From contig NC_045696.1 of the NCBI RefSeq assembly GCF_009834535.1, forward strand, positions 82,152,001 to 82,216,000: 64,000 nucleotides of DNA, given 5' to 3'. The stretch is from Camelus ferus (Eukaryota). Of this stretch, positions 38,901 through 51,900 are shown in pieces (position 1 is the first letter of the stretch; each line of letters begins with the position of its first letter). The notes beneath the pieces were generated by a model. It was not told the DNA's origin, ran no database searches, and was given only the letters and a program-made list of their open reading frames with translations. A program made the position numbers and the translations under genes.

Positions 38901-39736
38901 GATAATTTAAATGCCATTAAACAATATGTTAGTAAATGCTATGTGTAGCTCCCTATTAAACATATAAAATAGTCTAAAATGTCAAATTCCCATCATTTAT
39001 AAAATTTACTGTCACAAAAACAAAATTTGATTTACTAACATCTCAATAAATATGCTTGGTAGTAAATAAACCAAGGGAAAAATTGGGGAAAAAACAAAAA
39101 CAAAAACCCAGCATACTTCTTTTCAAGAGAAAAGTGACTTTTGTACACCATTCACCACGAAAAGTTTTTCCCAAAGGAGAAGTACTTATTATAAAAAACA
39201 TGGCTATGTTATTGAACTGTCTATATTTCATTTTGGAATCAAGAAAAGGAAGATGTTGCAGTTGCCTTCATTTTACAAGGAGTACATTAGCAATCATAAA
39301 CAAAATAGGGAAAGGTAATCTGGCTAATGGCTTACTGTGCAGGCACTAAAAAACAAAACAAAACAGGGACAACAGGTCTATTAGGAGTCCCTTACAAAGT
39401 TTTAGAAAAGATTCCCCAAACGTTTGCTGTAAAAAAGAAAGGACTGTTTGTTCACGATAGGCACTAGTGTGTGATTTATTGCTGACCCCTTGTTCAGTCA
39501 ATCTGGCAAATGTACAAATATAATGGAATAAAAATTATAAAAATATGGTAGTCTCACACCAAATAAATGCATTTCCAGAGCTACTGAAGAAATCCAGGTT
39601 ATTATGTAAAAGCTAAGCTTGAACTATGCTGTAATATCACTACACTTAATGATGAAAGAGGCAAGGAGCTTCAGAGCCAAGGAGAATATTTTTAAATTAC
39701 TATTTACACTATTCTTCACCAAGAAATTAAAACTAC

Positions 39737-39842
39737 CTGTTGCAGTAGTCAACCACAGACTCCCTCGTTGTAAATAAAGCTTCCTCTCCTTTCTTGGCCT
39801 TTGCCCACTTTGAATCCAAAAGGCAATCCACTGCTTTTGAAG
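39737..39842 (-). CDS. SEC62: SEC62 coding exon 3 (ASKAVDCLLDSKWAKAKKGEEALFTTRESVVDYCN)
   Basis: Acceptor ttctttag|CT, donor AG|gtagtt; 106 nt; frame continuous with exons 2 and 4. Confidence 0.97.
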
Positions 39843-40845
39843 CTAAAGAAGAAATTCATCATTTTAAATTAAGTATACAGAGGAATTTATGTCTATCTAA
39901 ATATTTTACAAAGCAAGTTTCAACATTCTGGCATCAGAAAATAAAACCAAGCTCAACAGAAAATTTAAGTCTGACACAATCATGGTAAACAGTTCCTCAA
40001 AACCTCAATTTGTGAAACATACTGATAAGCATCTTTAAGTAATGCTAGGAAATAAATGACATATATTAACTAAAGCAAGATAAATTAATGAGGAAAAGCT
40101 CTAAACAAAAAAATTCAAAATATCACTCTTACCAAATAATCATAATATAGGATAAACAAACCAAAAACCCTCCTCTACCACAGTAATAAAAATTCTGTCA
40201 TCAAGCTTTACTGTTACCCACCAAGGAATAAGCTCTATGAACAATCTACTGCTGTCACTAGAAGAAGCTAAACATATGAAATCTGAAAAGAAAAGCATGT
40301 CTGTTTTTTTAAACTTTTAATGAATAACAAATCATTAATCATAAACTAAAGAGAAGACAAAGGAATTTCTTCTTTCTAATGGTAATTCAATCTTAATTTA
40401 TCAGACAGGCAAATACAACAACTACTTAAAAGCTATGGGGCAATATTATAGATGACATTAGCTTATAAATAAGTTGTTTGGATTATGTGAAGAAAAAAGC
40501 TCTCAAGTTGATTTCAACAGACTTGTTTCATACTGAATTCTACAACAGAGTTTTACAAAAAGATTATCTTTAAGTACATATACTATCTAAAGAAAAGTTA
40601 GTATTAATACTGAAAATAAATCCTACTTTAAAAACTTCCAACAAATATTATTAAAAAGCACTTTTTAAAAAATTATTGACATTTTCAATAATAAAAGGAA
40701 AGAATAGTATAATCAATTACCATATGCTCATCACCCAACTTCACCAATCACTCCTGGAAAGCACTTTTAGAACATCTACATATCCCCAAATTAGGTATCT
40801 TCATAAGATACAAACACTAATATAATTTTATTGATGTAATCCTAC

Positions 40846-40954
40846 CAATAAAATAATCAACCCGGTGACCCATCATATTGGTGGACTTTGTTGGACAATT
40901 GAATCGAAGAAACTTGGCTACAGCCTTCTCTTCTTTAGACGGTTCACCAACTTC
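40846..40954 (-). CDS. SEC62: SEC62 coding exon 2 (EVGEPSKEEKAVAKFLRFNCPTKSTNMMGHRVDYFI)
   Basis: Acceptor ttgcag|GAA, donor G|gtagga; 109 nt; translated by hand. Confidence 0.97.
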
Positions 40955-43900
40955 CTGCAAAGAATATTAATTTAATGTAATCATTTACCTGAGAAATTCA
41001 TACAATGAAGAATAATTTACAGATCTGTTCTGAAAATCTTTTAAAATGCATTATAGGCCTTTCTTTCAAGCTTTTTTGGGAGCACACCTGGTAATATATA
41101 CAGAAGACAGAATGGAGATTTTAAAATCATACATTTTTCAAATACACGTTGACAGGGCCAAAACTTTTCTGCCTCGTGGCCTCAACTACAAGGCGTTCAT
41201 TTTGAGTTTTTTTTTTCCCATAGGGTAACTTCTTTGTATCAGTTAACCTTTACTCTTGCCTGGTCTCTTTTTAAAAGCCATAAAGCAATAATTCAAAAGA
41301 TTAAGAGGTTGCCAATAATGAGTGCCCAGATGTCAAAGTAAGGAGAAACAGGTGCCATAAATAAATGTTAAACAACAGCCAAAGCTACGTACCCTGCACA
41401 ATGAACAACAGTTCGTAGGAGTTCTCAAGTTAACCAGATAGTTGTCCCAGTGTCATCCCAAACATGAGCTACTAGCTGAGATGCTGAACATTTGCATTTT
41501 CTTCCCTTTCCCCTTGCAGCTGCAGATTCTAGATGCTGTCTGAGACTCCTTTCTCATCTTGTTTTCTTCTTTTCTTCCCCTCCCCCCAAAAAGCAACAGA
41601 CAGACAAATTACAATCTCATTTAAGAATTGATTAATGGAAGTGCACAGTTTTGGAAAGGTTGCTTTAATCCTTCCCTGTTTTCTTTCTTCCATCCCTTCT
41701 GCCAAATTTTCTACCACCTAAATTGTTTATCATTCCTCATCTTGCTTTTATTTCCTTACATTCTGAACGAACTGCTATAATTTGACAATTCCTCTTATGT
41801 ACTTATTCTCCCCACCCATATACTGAAGAAAATGAAGGCAGTCTACATTTGCATATATCATATATATATACTTTTAGAAGTTGTTTTATTGCTGAAGCTA
41901 TTGAAATACAAGTATTGTTTTTAATTACATGTTTAATCACAATACATAGAGCATTCAAGCAATATTTCTACCACTATGCAATTTAAATGTGAATGATTTC
42001 AAAAAGGTTTATTTCTTAAGACAAAGTGGCAAATAATAATAATTTTCTGTCAAGAATCTAAGCTGCTGAGAACAGTTAATGCTAAAGACAGTTCTGTTTC
42101 AGGGAAGACAGTCTAATAACACAAATAGGAAAAGCACATTATCAGTTTCCCCACAAATTTCAGGTTAAGTCTGAATTCAGTTATGTTTGTTGAAATTAAG
42201 AAACAATTAACAAACCAAGATTTCAACTTTAATTTTATCTTGAAGAGGAATAGAAATCTGTGAGATGAAGTGAAAGTCTGTGCTTTGATTATTGGGTCAC
42301 CTGGCAGCTACTGAGCTATTTCTTCCTTTGTACTTTCCAACTCCTCTGCTTCCAGTAGCTCAATTAACTGAGCAATTAACATTCTTCTATCTACTACTAC
42401 CCCACTTGTGCATTACTGTGTATGAAAATAAAAGTTACAAGCCCAAACCATTCACTCCAAATGAAGACTATTGTAAAACCCAAATATTTTTGTGAATAAA
42501 ATAACTTCAGTTTTATATATATAAATATATACCACAGAAAAATAGAATCTTAAAAAAATTACAAATTCAAAATTTAGCACTCCAAGTTTAGTAACATCTA
42601 CAATGTTCATAATTATTTAATCTGGGGCCTAGTCATGAAATACAGTTTCTGACAAACCAAAAAGTAAAAATTCTGTATTTGTTTTTGAAATCACGTTGAA
42701 ATATATTAACATATGTTAGTATATGTTAAATGGTAGCATTTAATTATGCTTGTATAATACACTGCATTTCTAGGAGCTTCAACTATTAGAAATAATATCC
42801 TACATATTCATGGTACAGTGAAAAAGTAATAATATATAAATAGTTGGAAATAATGAGATACTATAATTAACAATTCTATTTTAATCACATCCATATATGT
42901 TGTTTTCACCTCAGCTGATACATCTGTTGTCAACTTAAAGGTTTATCTAATTAACTGATAACTTGTTACAGGGATTTGCTTGATAAAAATGATTGTGGGG
43001 GAGAAGTCTCAATAAACATAAACTGTTCAAATATATACTTACTGAGGGTTTACCCTATAATATCTTTGGGTGCTATAGTTAAGATAAAAAATTTGTTAAG
43101 TCATGATATCTACACTTTGTTACAATTACCCAAAACAGCAATTGTTATTTTCCAAAATGAGTGGTAGAAAAAGTATTTTAGGAGTACAAAAGGAGCAGGA
43201 TTATCAGCGTGGATGAGAACAGCTATGAAAGACCTCTTGGAAGAGGGACCTGGATTTTGAAAGACATACAAATATGGAATAAGCTGATTGAAAAGCATAA
43301 AAATGGCTGAACATGAGCACAAAATTTGGCTCCAGTCGAGACAGATTAGGAAGTACTGTGAGTTAAGTATGCATAAGTAGAATAGAGGTAAATGGTCTTC
43401 AAGGCAATCTGAGAAATTTCAAATTTACCCTGTAAGTTGTAGAAAGACCATTAGTAGTTTTTGAACAGAAGGAGGTAATAATTAGAAAAAAATGACGTAG
43501 ACACATTATTTTGGAGACTGCATGAAGACTGAATTGGGAAAATAATACACAAAGCAGGGAAACTAGTTAGTATTCAAGTAAGATGTGCTGTGATACTAGA
43601 CTAGGAATGGAAGGATTGTGATATCTGAAACATTTCAAATGTAGAACAGATAGGACTCAATGATGAAGGATGAATGAAATGACTGAGTAAAAGATGTCAG
43701 ATTCCTCATTTCATCAAGTGAAAGGATATTTTTTCAAAAACAAATTTGGGAGGAAGGTGATTCTGAGGGAAAAACAACCACTTCAACTTTAGGCATGAAA
43801 AATCTACACTCATACAACATTCAAACCATTTACTGAACACAAGCATACTGGTACTAATCTACTGACTGTTGACAGAGGCATCACAGGTAAAATCTGCTAC

Positions 43901-44382
43901 TAGAATACACAAGGAACTGAAAAGTTCGTTCTACTATTACACAATAGGGAACCTGATACTATGTGAATCCACAACATTTTAAAACCTCACTTTAACAATT
44001 AACTTCAAGTTAACCAAACTCTTTTCCACAACTGCAAAAACACACTCAAGAATTCTATTTTGATTCCATTTCCCTCCTTGGTAAAGGCACTACTAAGATT
44101 AGACCCAGAAAGCATGGACTTGGATAAACTCTCCCAATTAGACACAGTTACTTATTCATTGATACTTTCTTAAAGTATCAGTAACTTCCCTTAAATGTGT
44201 GACCAGAAAAGAAGTGAATTCTATCAAGATACTGGTATAATGGAACGGATAACCTTCCTTGCTCCTTCTTCATGTTCAAATCCTTAAAAAACTTCTATTA
44301 CCTTCTGTGAAATACTAGGAAATGTTCATTACACCACATATAAGTTATACATATTGTAGACTGCCTTAACAGCATAGGATTT

Positions 44383-44396
44383 GTGCCATCTGCTGG
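44383..44396 (-). promoter_or_regulatory. Candidate CTCF site in SEC62 intron 1
   Basis: CCAGCAGATGGCAC on the minus strand fits the CCASYAGRKGGCRS core. Motif only. Confidence 0.45.
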
Positions 44397-47300
44397 GGCT
44401 TTGAAGTCAGGAAAAGACTGCTACAGAAGAGTACCAAAACAACATGACCCTGGGAAGCTAGTAAGATAGAAGCTCCTGTCGTGGAGTCTTCATTCTCACT
44501 GCTCCCCTGCTGCTGGCTAAAGAGAGTATAAAACAGTCTTACCCTCTTCCTGTTTATACGTTAGACTATAGTACCTCCCCTGTTTGTTCCCTTTTGATGA
44601 AAACAAATCTTCAGAATATTTTCATAACTTTCCTAGAAACCTTTAAAGAAAAAGTGAAGGCCTTTTGAGAATAGCATCACCCACCAATAAAGAGAAATCA
44701 GCTCATGAACCCTCAAATGAAGAGAATTTTTTAGCTCAATGGATGAGCTCAAATATCTTAGAATGAGGAAGCGAAGAACCAGTAAATTTTGAGGCTGGAC
44801 TGCCAATCCCACCCAAGTAAGAGGCCGGCTGCCTCAACTCACAAAATTACAATAACCGGAAGTTCGATTAGAATATTCTTTTAAAATTATTTAACAAATA
44901 CTATTTTTATTTTAGAACGTATCAACATTCAAATATTATTATGAAATTGAGGTTGCCATTTGTAACTATGTACTAGCCAGTACTTAAGATAACTTTTTGA
45001 GAAAAGAAATTAGACCAAGAGTCAGTAAGCCATAGGCTTCAATCTTACAGAATTTTTGACTTAGAATATTTTTCCCTGTCTTCCCACCCCTAAAATGACT
45101 AGAATTTTTTTTTAAATTGCTGTACTCAATGAAATAAGCTTAGTGATAAATAAGCTTGTTGAGTGATTTGAGCAAAAGATTAGTTCGCCAGTTGTTAATT
45201 TGTATCTTTATACAAGCAGTATACAATATTTGTGAAAATGTATGCAAATAGGTTAACACATTAAAATCTGAAAGCAGAGACCTTAGATAAATCTTTTACT
45301 TAAAGCCACAATATGTTACTAATAAAGCTTTACAAAATAGTCTCTGTATCTTGACTTTAGCAGTGTCCTTCTATAATTCCTCCCCTCCTCCCCATTCCTA
45401 TTTAAGCCTTCTATTAAGCCCCTGGAGGGAGTTTAACTGAGATGTAGGTATTATAGAATTTTTAAGAATGAGTAAGCCATTTAAATGTCCCAAAATTCAA
45501 CGAGATACTTTACACATAAGCAGAATACTAAATGGGATGGTTGTCTCTTTAACAGGGACAAGTCATGTTAAGTCTTTGTTATCAATTTAATATAAAGATT
45601 TCAAGATTTAAGTATTTCAGAACAATTTATTTTTATTTTTTATTTTATCAGTGGCACAGTGGAATGAACATTCAACTGGAATTAGAAGACCTGGCCTAAA
45701 TCTAGTTTTACTATCTTGATGAGTGACCCTGGGTCAAGCCACATAACCTCAGTAAACCTTAGTGTTTCTGTAAAATGGGTGTAATGGTTTAGATCATTAA
45801 GTTTTGTACCTAGTAATACTTTCAGATGTAGGTCCTAAAAGTAGCTTAAAGGATGAAGGATAATGGTATTGGGGTAGTGAGGTGATAAGGCTTTGGGCCC
45901 ACCACCCTGCTTTTACCTAAGAACTGCATTTGTGCAAAAAGATTCCGAAAACCCTACTATTTGAAAATCCTTTTCGGCTCTAAAATGTCATGGTACTAGC
46001 ATTCTAAATTAACCTTTCTAGTAAGTAGCACTTTGTTAATCTATAGGCACTTATTGTATGTTCTTAAAAGCTTAGATAACTTACAACTACTTATTTTCAA
46101 ATGTTTTATTAATTTGAATTGAGATCAATCTCACTTGAGAATCTCAATCATGAAAACTCCCCAATATAATGTCAATGAACACATAGCTCACTTCTGGTTT
46201 TTAGTGACCAGTAAAGTGAGTCCAAGAAGGAAATGTGACAAAATAGTCCTCTTGCTTTCAACTTTGATGGGATACCAGAATCTAAAATTAGGCTACACTA
46301 GAAAACGCATACAAATTAACTACTTCTTAAAACTCTGAACTTGTTTGTATCAATCATTTCCCCCAATATACAAATTATAATTCAAGGTCACTAAATCTTA
46401 ACAGGTAAACATAAAAATCTTTTCTCAACATGACAATATTAAGTAACAAACAACAGGAAACTGAGTTGATATTACAGACTGTTTTGCTCAAAAAGTCTTA
46501 TGATAGAATCTTTTCTGTAACTTCAACTCTTAACTTGGTCATTACATTTGGTCTTTTTGTTTAAAGTAATGTCAATATTACAGTGTTTCTGATTCTCTGG
46601 AGGAAAAAAATCCAAGAAGTTTTATAAGATATTGTATATTTTTATTAATTCGTGAAGACTGCATAGTAGTACTCCAAGTAGCACTCCCAAGATCTCCACA
46701 ACATTCTACATAGCTGTGCTATGTAGAAAACTTAGAGGATGTGAAAAACATTATTTTCACTTAGCAGTATACCAACCTGATTTTTTACGATCAGATCCTA
46801 CATATTTATCTGATCCCCAACTAAACAATAGTAAGTAAACAGCTATTCTTTATGGAACTCACAACTCAAAGGTTTATTTACTGAATAGATAACTGTTAAT
46901 ATTTCTTCAGCATATCAGAGTACTCAACAAAAACCAAAACAAGTCATCCTAAAGTCTTCATCCTTGGGGAGGGAGAGGAATGAGTTATATGCCAAGCACT
47001 CTTTTAATAGCTTTTACAACCTTTAATAACAAGTCACTGACTTATCTATTTTTTTCACAACAACCCTATCAGTGTCTTTTTTTTTTTAAGGTAAATATTC
47101 CTTCTTACAGAAATTGAGGGAAAAAGTAAACTTGTCCAAAGTTACACAGCTACTAATCATTGAAACTGGGGTATAAACAGGCACAGTCTGGCTCAACTTT
47201 TAGTTCCCAGTCATTACCACTACTATACAGGGTCTTAATCTATGTTTCTGCTCAAAACGCGATCACAACTGAAATACAGCAGCTATTCAAAGTGAATTAG

Positions 47301-48734
47301 GATCACCTTTACAATATTAAATGCAGCTGACACTGTAAAAACTGTTTTTTTAAGGCCAAAAAATGTACCATGCATGTAAACATAAGTCCAGTAAGTACTA
47401 ATCTGACAACTCAATACAAATCTTAATAAAACTATTATGTATCCATACCTGACCAATAACACTAAACTTTGAAAGACTAGGAATAGTACAACTAGAAACT
47501 TCTTCCGTAATAACCTTATGCCTTGGTTTATGACATGTCTGAACTTGGGGGAATTTGTCTCTTTCTGATCCCCTTCTGCACTCTTTTTGAAACTATTTCT
47601 GCCCAATTTCAAAATTCCAAATTTACTGATCACTGGCATCTTTTCTCCCCTAGTACTTCAAAGTTTTCAGGAGAATTTTAACTTGCATAGCTTAAAACAC
47701 CTGTGGTGAATGCCAGTTAAATGATAAACTTTTTTTTTAATGGGGAATAAGACATTAGACAGGAAGTCATTCTAAGCAATGAAACAATAAGGAACAGAAA
47801 GACAATGATGAGTGTAACAATTTGTGACTAGGTATATTAACAATTTATAACATGCTATCAATTTATGATGATATACGAAGGTTTCTAGGCACAGGAGCTA
47901 ATAATGAGACTAAACACCCTGAAATTCCATATATTTAATCCTGTTGGCAGAGAGAAAAACAACAGGAGGAAAATTGCAGGAAAGAAATACAGAGGTGACA
48001 TGCATGTGGAATGAGGGATGCTATGTAGGTTATGAGGATGACACACTGGCAGATGAAAGGTTTCTGGGCGCGACTCGCTCGTTACAGTACCAACGGGGCT
48101 GTGTTTATTTACACTGTGTCGCCTGAAAGAAAGCCAGAAGTCTTCAACTGGACTCTTAACTAACCCTGAAGAGAAAGGAGGGTACACGCAACCGAACATC
48201 TGGATAGGCAGATCGCCGTCTGGGCCCCCGGGGCAGCTGACCAAACACAAATCACTCCCCCTCCTCCTTCTATTTGCGCACAAAGAACAGGCAGCTTTAG
48301 GTCAGTCCTCCGCCTCCTACCTATTACCGCGGCCTTAATTTCGGGATAGCAAAGGAGAAAGGATGGGGCGAAGAAGGGAGGGGAGGAGCCCGGGAGGGTC
48401 GGTGTCTGAGCGCTGAAGACGCGGACCTCCCAGCGGAGGCCGGGGTCGGCGCCGCCACCGGAACCCAGGGCTGGCGGCCGCGCCTCCGCGGCGGATTCCG
48501 AGCGCGGCGCCTCCTGCCTTCCACCGCTGCCCCAGCACCTCCGTCTTAGTCTCCACCGTCACCAGAACAGCCCTCCCTCAGGCCCCTCACAGCGACGCAG
48601 CCCGCAACCGGCGGCCTCGCGGCGGAACCCCACCCCACAGCGCCCTCGATTTCGCTTGCCCTTCCCGTGAGCTTCCCCTGCTTTTTTCACTTCCGAGCGC
48701 CCTAAGTCCCCTACCCCAGGCTCGGCTTTGCTAC

Positions 48735-48770
48735 CTGAATCCGCTTCTTGTGTCGCCTGCGTTCCGCCAT
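48735..48770 (-). CDS. SEC62: SEC62 coding exon 1 (MAERRRHKKRIQ)
   Basis: ATG at 48770-48768 in context GCCAACATGG; 36 nt; donor CAG|GTAG. Peptide matches the known SEC62 N-terminus. Confidence 0.98.
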
Positions 48771-48888
48771 GTTGGCCGCTCCGCCCGGTTCCCTCTGACG
48801 TGGAGCGAGTAGGGGGCGGTGGAAACCTCGCGAGAGCGCGTCGCGTGGCCCGTTATGTAACCTGGCTGCTGGCACCGGGGGAGGAGGG

Positions 48889-48951
48889 AGGCCGGCGAGA
48901 GGCCGGTACCCAGGCAGGCCGGCGAGAGGCCGGTACCCAGGCAGGCCGGCG
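48889..48951. repeat. 27-bp perfect tandem repeat, 2.3 copies (aggccggcgagaggccggtacccaggc)
   Basis: Read directly: 48889-48915, 48916-48942, partial 48943-48951. Confidence 0.95.
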
Positions 48952-51900
48952 GGCCTTGGCGGCGTCTTCTCTCCCAACTTTCCACGGCTCCTTTTACTGC
49001 GGGAACTGGAAATCTCTGGGACAAAAGAAAGTTGAGAAGTGGATCAAAGAACAGGAGAGCTGGAAAGAGTCCTTGTTCTCAAGCCTGACTGGGCATCTGA
49101 ATCACCTGGGAAGCTACTGAAATACAGATTCCTGGGGCCCCACCCCTCGGAGTACACTTAGGGTGGAGCCTTTCACAGAGGATTTACTGAGACCTATGGT
49201 GTTCTAGACGTCTCTGAGTGTGGCACTTGCTATCCTGCCAATGAGTCCTGCCCTATCCACGTGTGAATTTTTCTAACTCCATTTTAAAGATGGAAAAACT
49301 GAGACAACTGGGATGCAGCGATGTGAACTAATTTAACCAAGGCTCCACAGTTGGTAGAAGGCACAGCTGAGACCTAAGCCAATTATCTTTCCCTGTACAA
49401 TGTAGGTGATAGTCGAGCTCATCTGAAACACACTTTAGATTCCCCATTCCATTTTCCACGTTGTTTCTCAAAATGCGCCTTTAGAATCCAAGAGACAGAA
49501 CCCAGGGAAGTGCAAGTAACTAATAAGACGAATAGGAGAAATATTCTAAGAGTTGGAATGAAAAAGACTGCAGGGTACTTCTAGTTAACCATTGTCATTG
49601 TAGAGCTACTTAGAGCAAAGAGAATGGCTTTAAATTGCCAGTGTTTTTACATAGAAATTGTCATGACTTTATGGAGATTTTAAAGCATTTTAAACGGTAG
49701 AAAATTCGGAAAATACAAGAAAGTAAGATGAAGAAAGTAAGAATCCTTAATGCCACCGCCCAGAGATCTGTTACCATTTTAGTTTATTTTCTTCTACTAT
49801 TTATTCCTACTTTGTGTGTGTGTGTTTATGTTTCCCTCTTCCCTCCCAATTGAGATCATATTGCATAAGTAATATGGTAGTCTTTTTTTTTTCACTTAAT
49901 GTTATGATGAGCATTTATTATATAATTTAAAAACCAAGTTTCCCATATTGTAAATATAACCTAATAGCAATTAAATATGCAATTAAGGCAAATAGTGGCA
50001 TACCTATTTGATGCCTATTCTTTTACAAAGTAAGATAGCCAAAGTTCTTCTTTTGGACTATGCAATTCTGCACTCAAGGGACAGAATAAGTAAGTCATTT
50101 AGTTCCTTTCTCTTTTTATAATCTATAATTAGGGTGTGTGTTGTCAGAGAGTGGGTGAGAAAAAAAATGATTTGTACCAATTAACCCAAAACATAACACA
50201 GGATATGCAATGTCTTTATTTCCTTCAGTCCTTCTCCCCATCCAAAATGTTGATGGATGTGTTTTGTACTGTTTTATTCATTGGATTCTTTTCATAGGAA
50301 AGCTGGTTTATAAATAAAAATGCTATCGCATTTAATAGATGTTGAGTGCCCACCGTATGCAAAATGCCAGGGATGTGATGGGGAACAAAAATCCTTTGTG
50401 GTCAATGACTCATACTCTACTGCTCTACCACCTTCTTCTTCAGAAGAGCTTTAGTTTACTATGCCCAGGTTCTCACTAACTTTCACTCCTTAGACTACAA
50501 CAATTTGGTTTCTACCTCCATCATCCATTAATAAGTCCAGCTTCTTTTGTAACATCTTATTAAAGATTTGACAATATTGACCACTCCTTAATTTATTCTC
50601 CTTCTTTGGCATTTATGATACTGTGTTCTTCCTTCTGATTTCTCTTTGTCTCCTCTCTCTTTACCTAGCTCCTCAATGTTTCTGGCCACTATGCTTCCAT
50701 GCTCCTCTTCTTCCATTTTCTCTATGCATTCTGGGAATTCCTATTCATGCTTACAACTTAATTCCAAAATACTGCATAAACATTTATTTCTAGCTGTCTT
50801 CTGGATATCTCCACTGAATGTCCAATTAGAAATCACCATTTTCTCCACAAAACATGCCCCCTTTACTGTATTTTTAAACTCTGGTAACTGCATCACTCTT
50901 CACTTAATCACTCATGCTAGAAACCTTGTAGGTATCCCAACCATGCCAATCAGTAAGCAATGCTATTGATTTTACAACTGAGATGTTTGGAATTCTTCCC
51001 TTCCTCATCATTCGTACTGCCATTGCTTTGATCAAGTCTTTATCATTTCCTACCTGAACTATTAGTTGCAAAAGCCTCCTACTCAGTCTCCCCAACTCTA
51101 CCCTCTCTACACTCCAGGCCATCTTCCACTCCCTTGTTAACCGCCCCCCACCCCCACCCCATTACTCCAGTTTTGTACAGCAACATTAAGGATGGCTAAT
51201 GGTTGCACATATAACCCAAATGTCACATTTCTGGGTCCTCTTTCCATTTAATATTTATTTAAAAATAGCTCAAGCACTCTTCTTATCACTCCATTTATCT
51301 TTGATGGTGATAGTGGGAAGGAAGTTTCTCCTGGCTACTTTTTGTTCTGATTTCCCTTTGAATTTGCAATCTCATTCTTGTCATTTGACTTGTATTTCTT
51401 TCCCAAATGAAAAGCATTGCCCCTCTCTTTCTTTTGCCAAAGCAAAACATCTCTTTACCCTGGGTTCTGCCACTTTTTCTCCCTAGGGTTGTCTCTGAAA
51501 CTCAGAATTTCTTTTGCTGTGTAGAGTAGAGAAATTGAGGTCTTCACTCTTTACTGGATTCCTTTCAGTACATACGTGTAAAAACTCACTACCATGCTCT
51601 GCTAAACAAAGGGTTCTCTGATCTAGATCCCCTTTTTGGAGGACTGATGAATAGGTAGGGACTTGAAAAATTCAGTTTCCTGAGGCCTACCATCCTAGTA
51701 AGTGTAAGGGAATAGTTTATAGACATATACCTCCATTAATCAGATTTATGCAAACTGAAAACTGATACATTTAGTTTTTTGTTTTAAATAACACTTTTTT
51801 CTGGGTCCATTTTATATGTTAAGTATCTGTGTGACTATAAGTTGAAAAGAAAAAAATTGTAGGGAAGTATAGCAAATAATGGCCAGGGCGTTTTTGGGCA

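Larger units (their letters stand above)
48190..48990 (-). promoter_or_regulatory. CpG-island promoter of SEC62 (spans exon 1 and the start of intron 1)
   Basis: Very high GC and CpG density against AT-rich flanks. YY1 site CCGCCATGTT 48764-48773, TGACGTGG 48796-48803, GC box 48813-48819, CTCGCGAGA 48827-48835, GTTATGTAAC 48852-48861. Confidence 0.92.
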
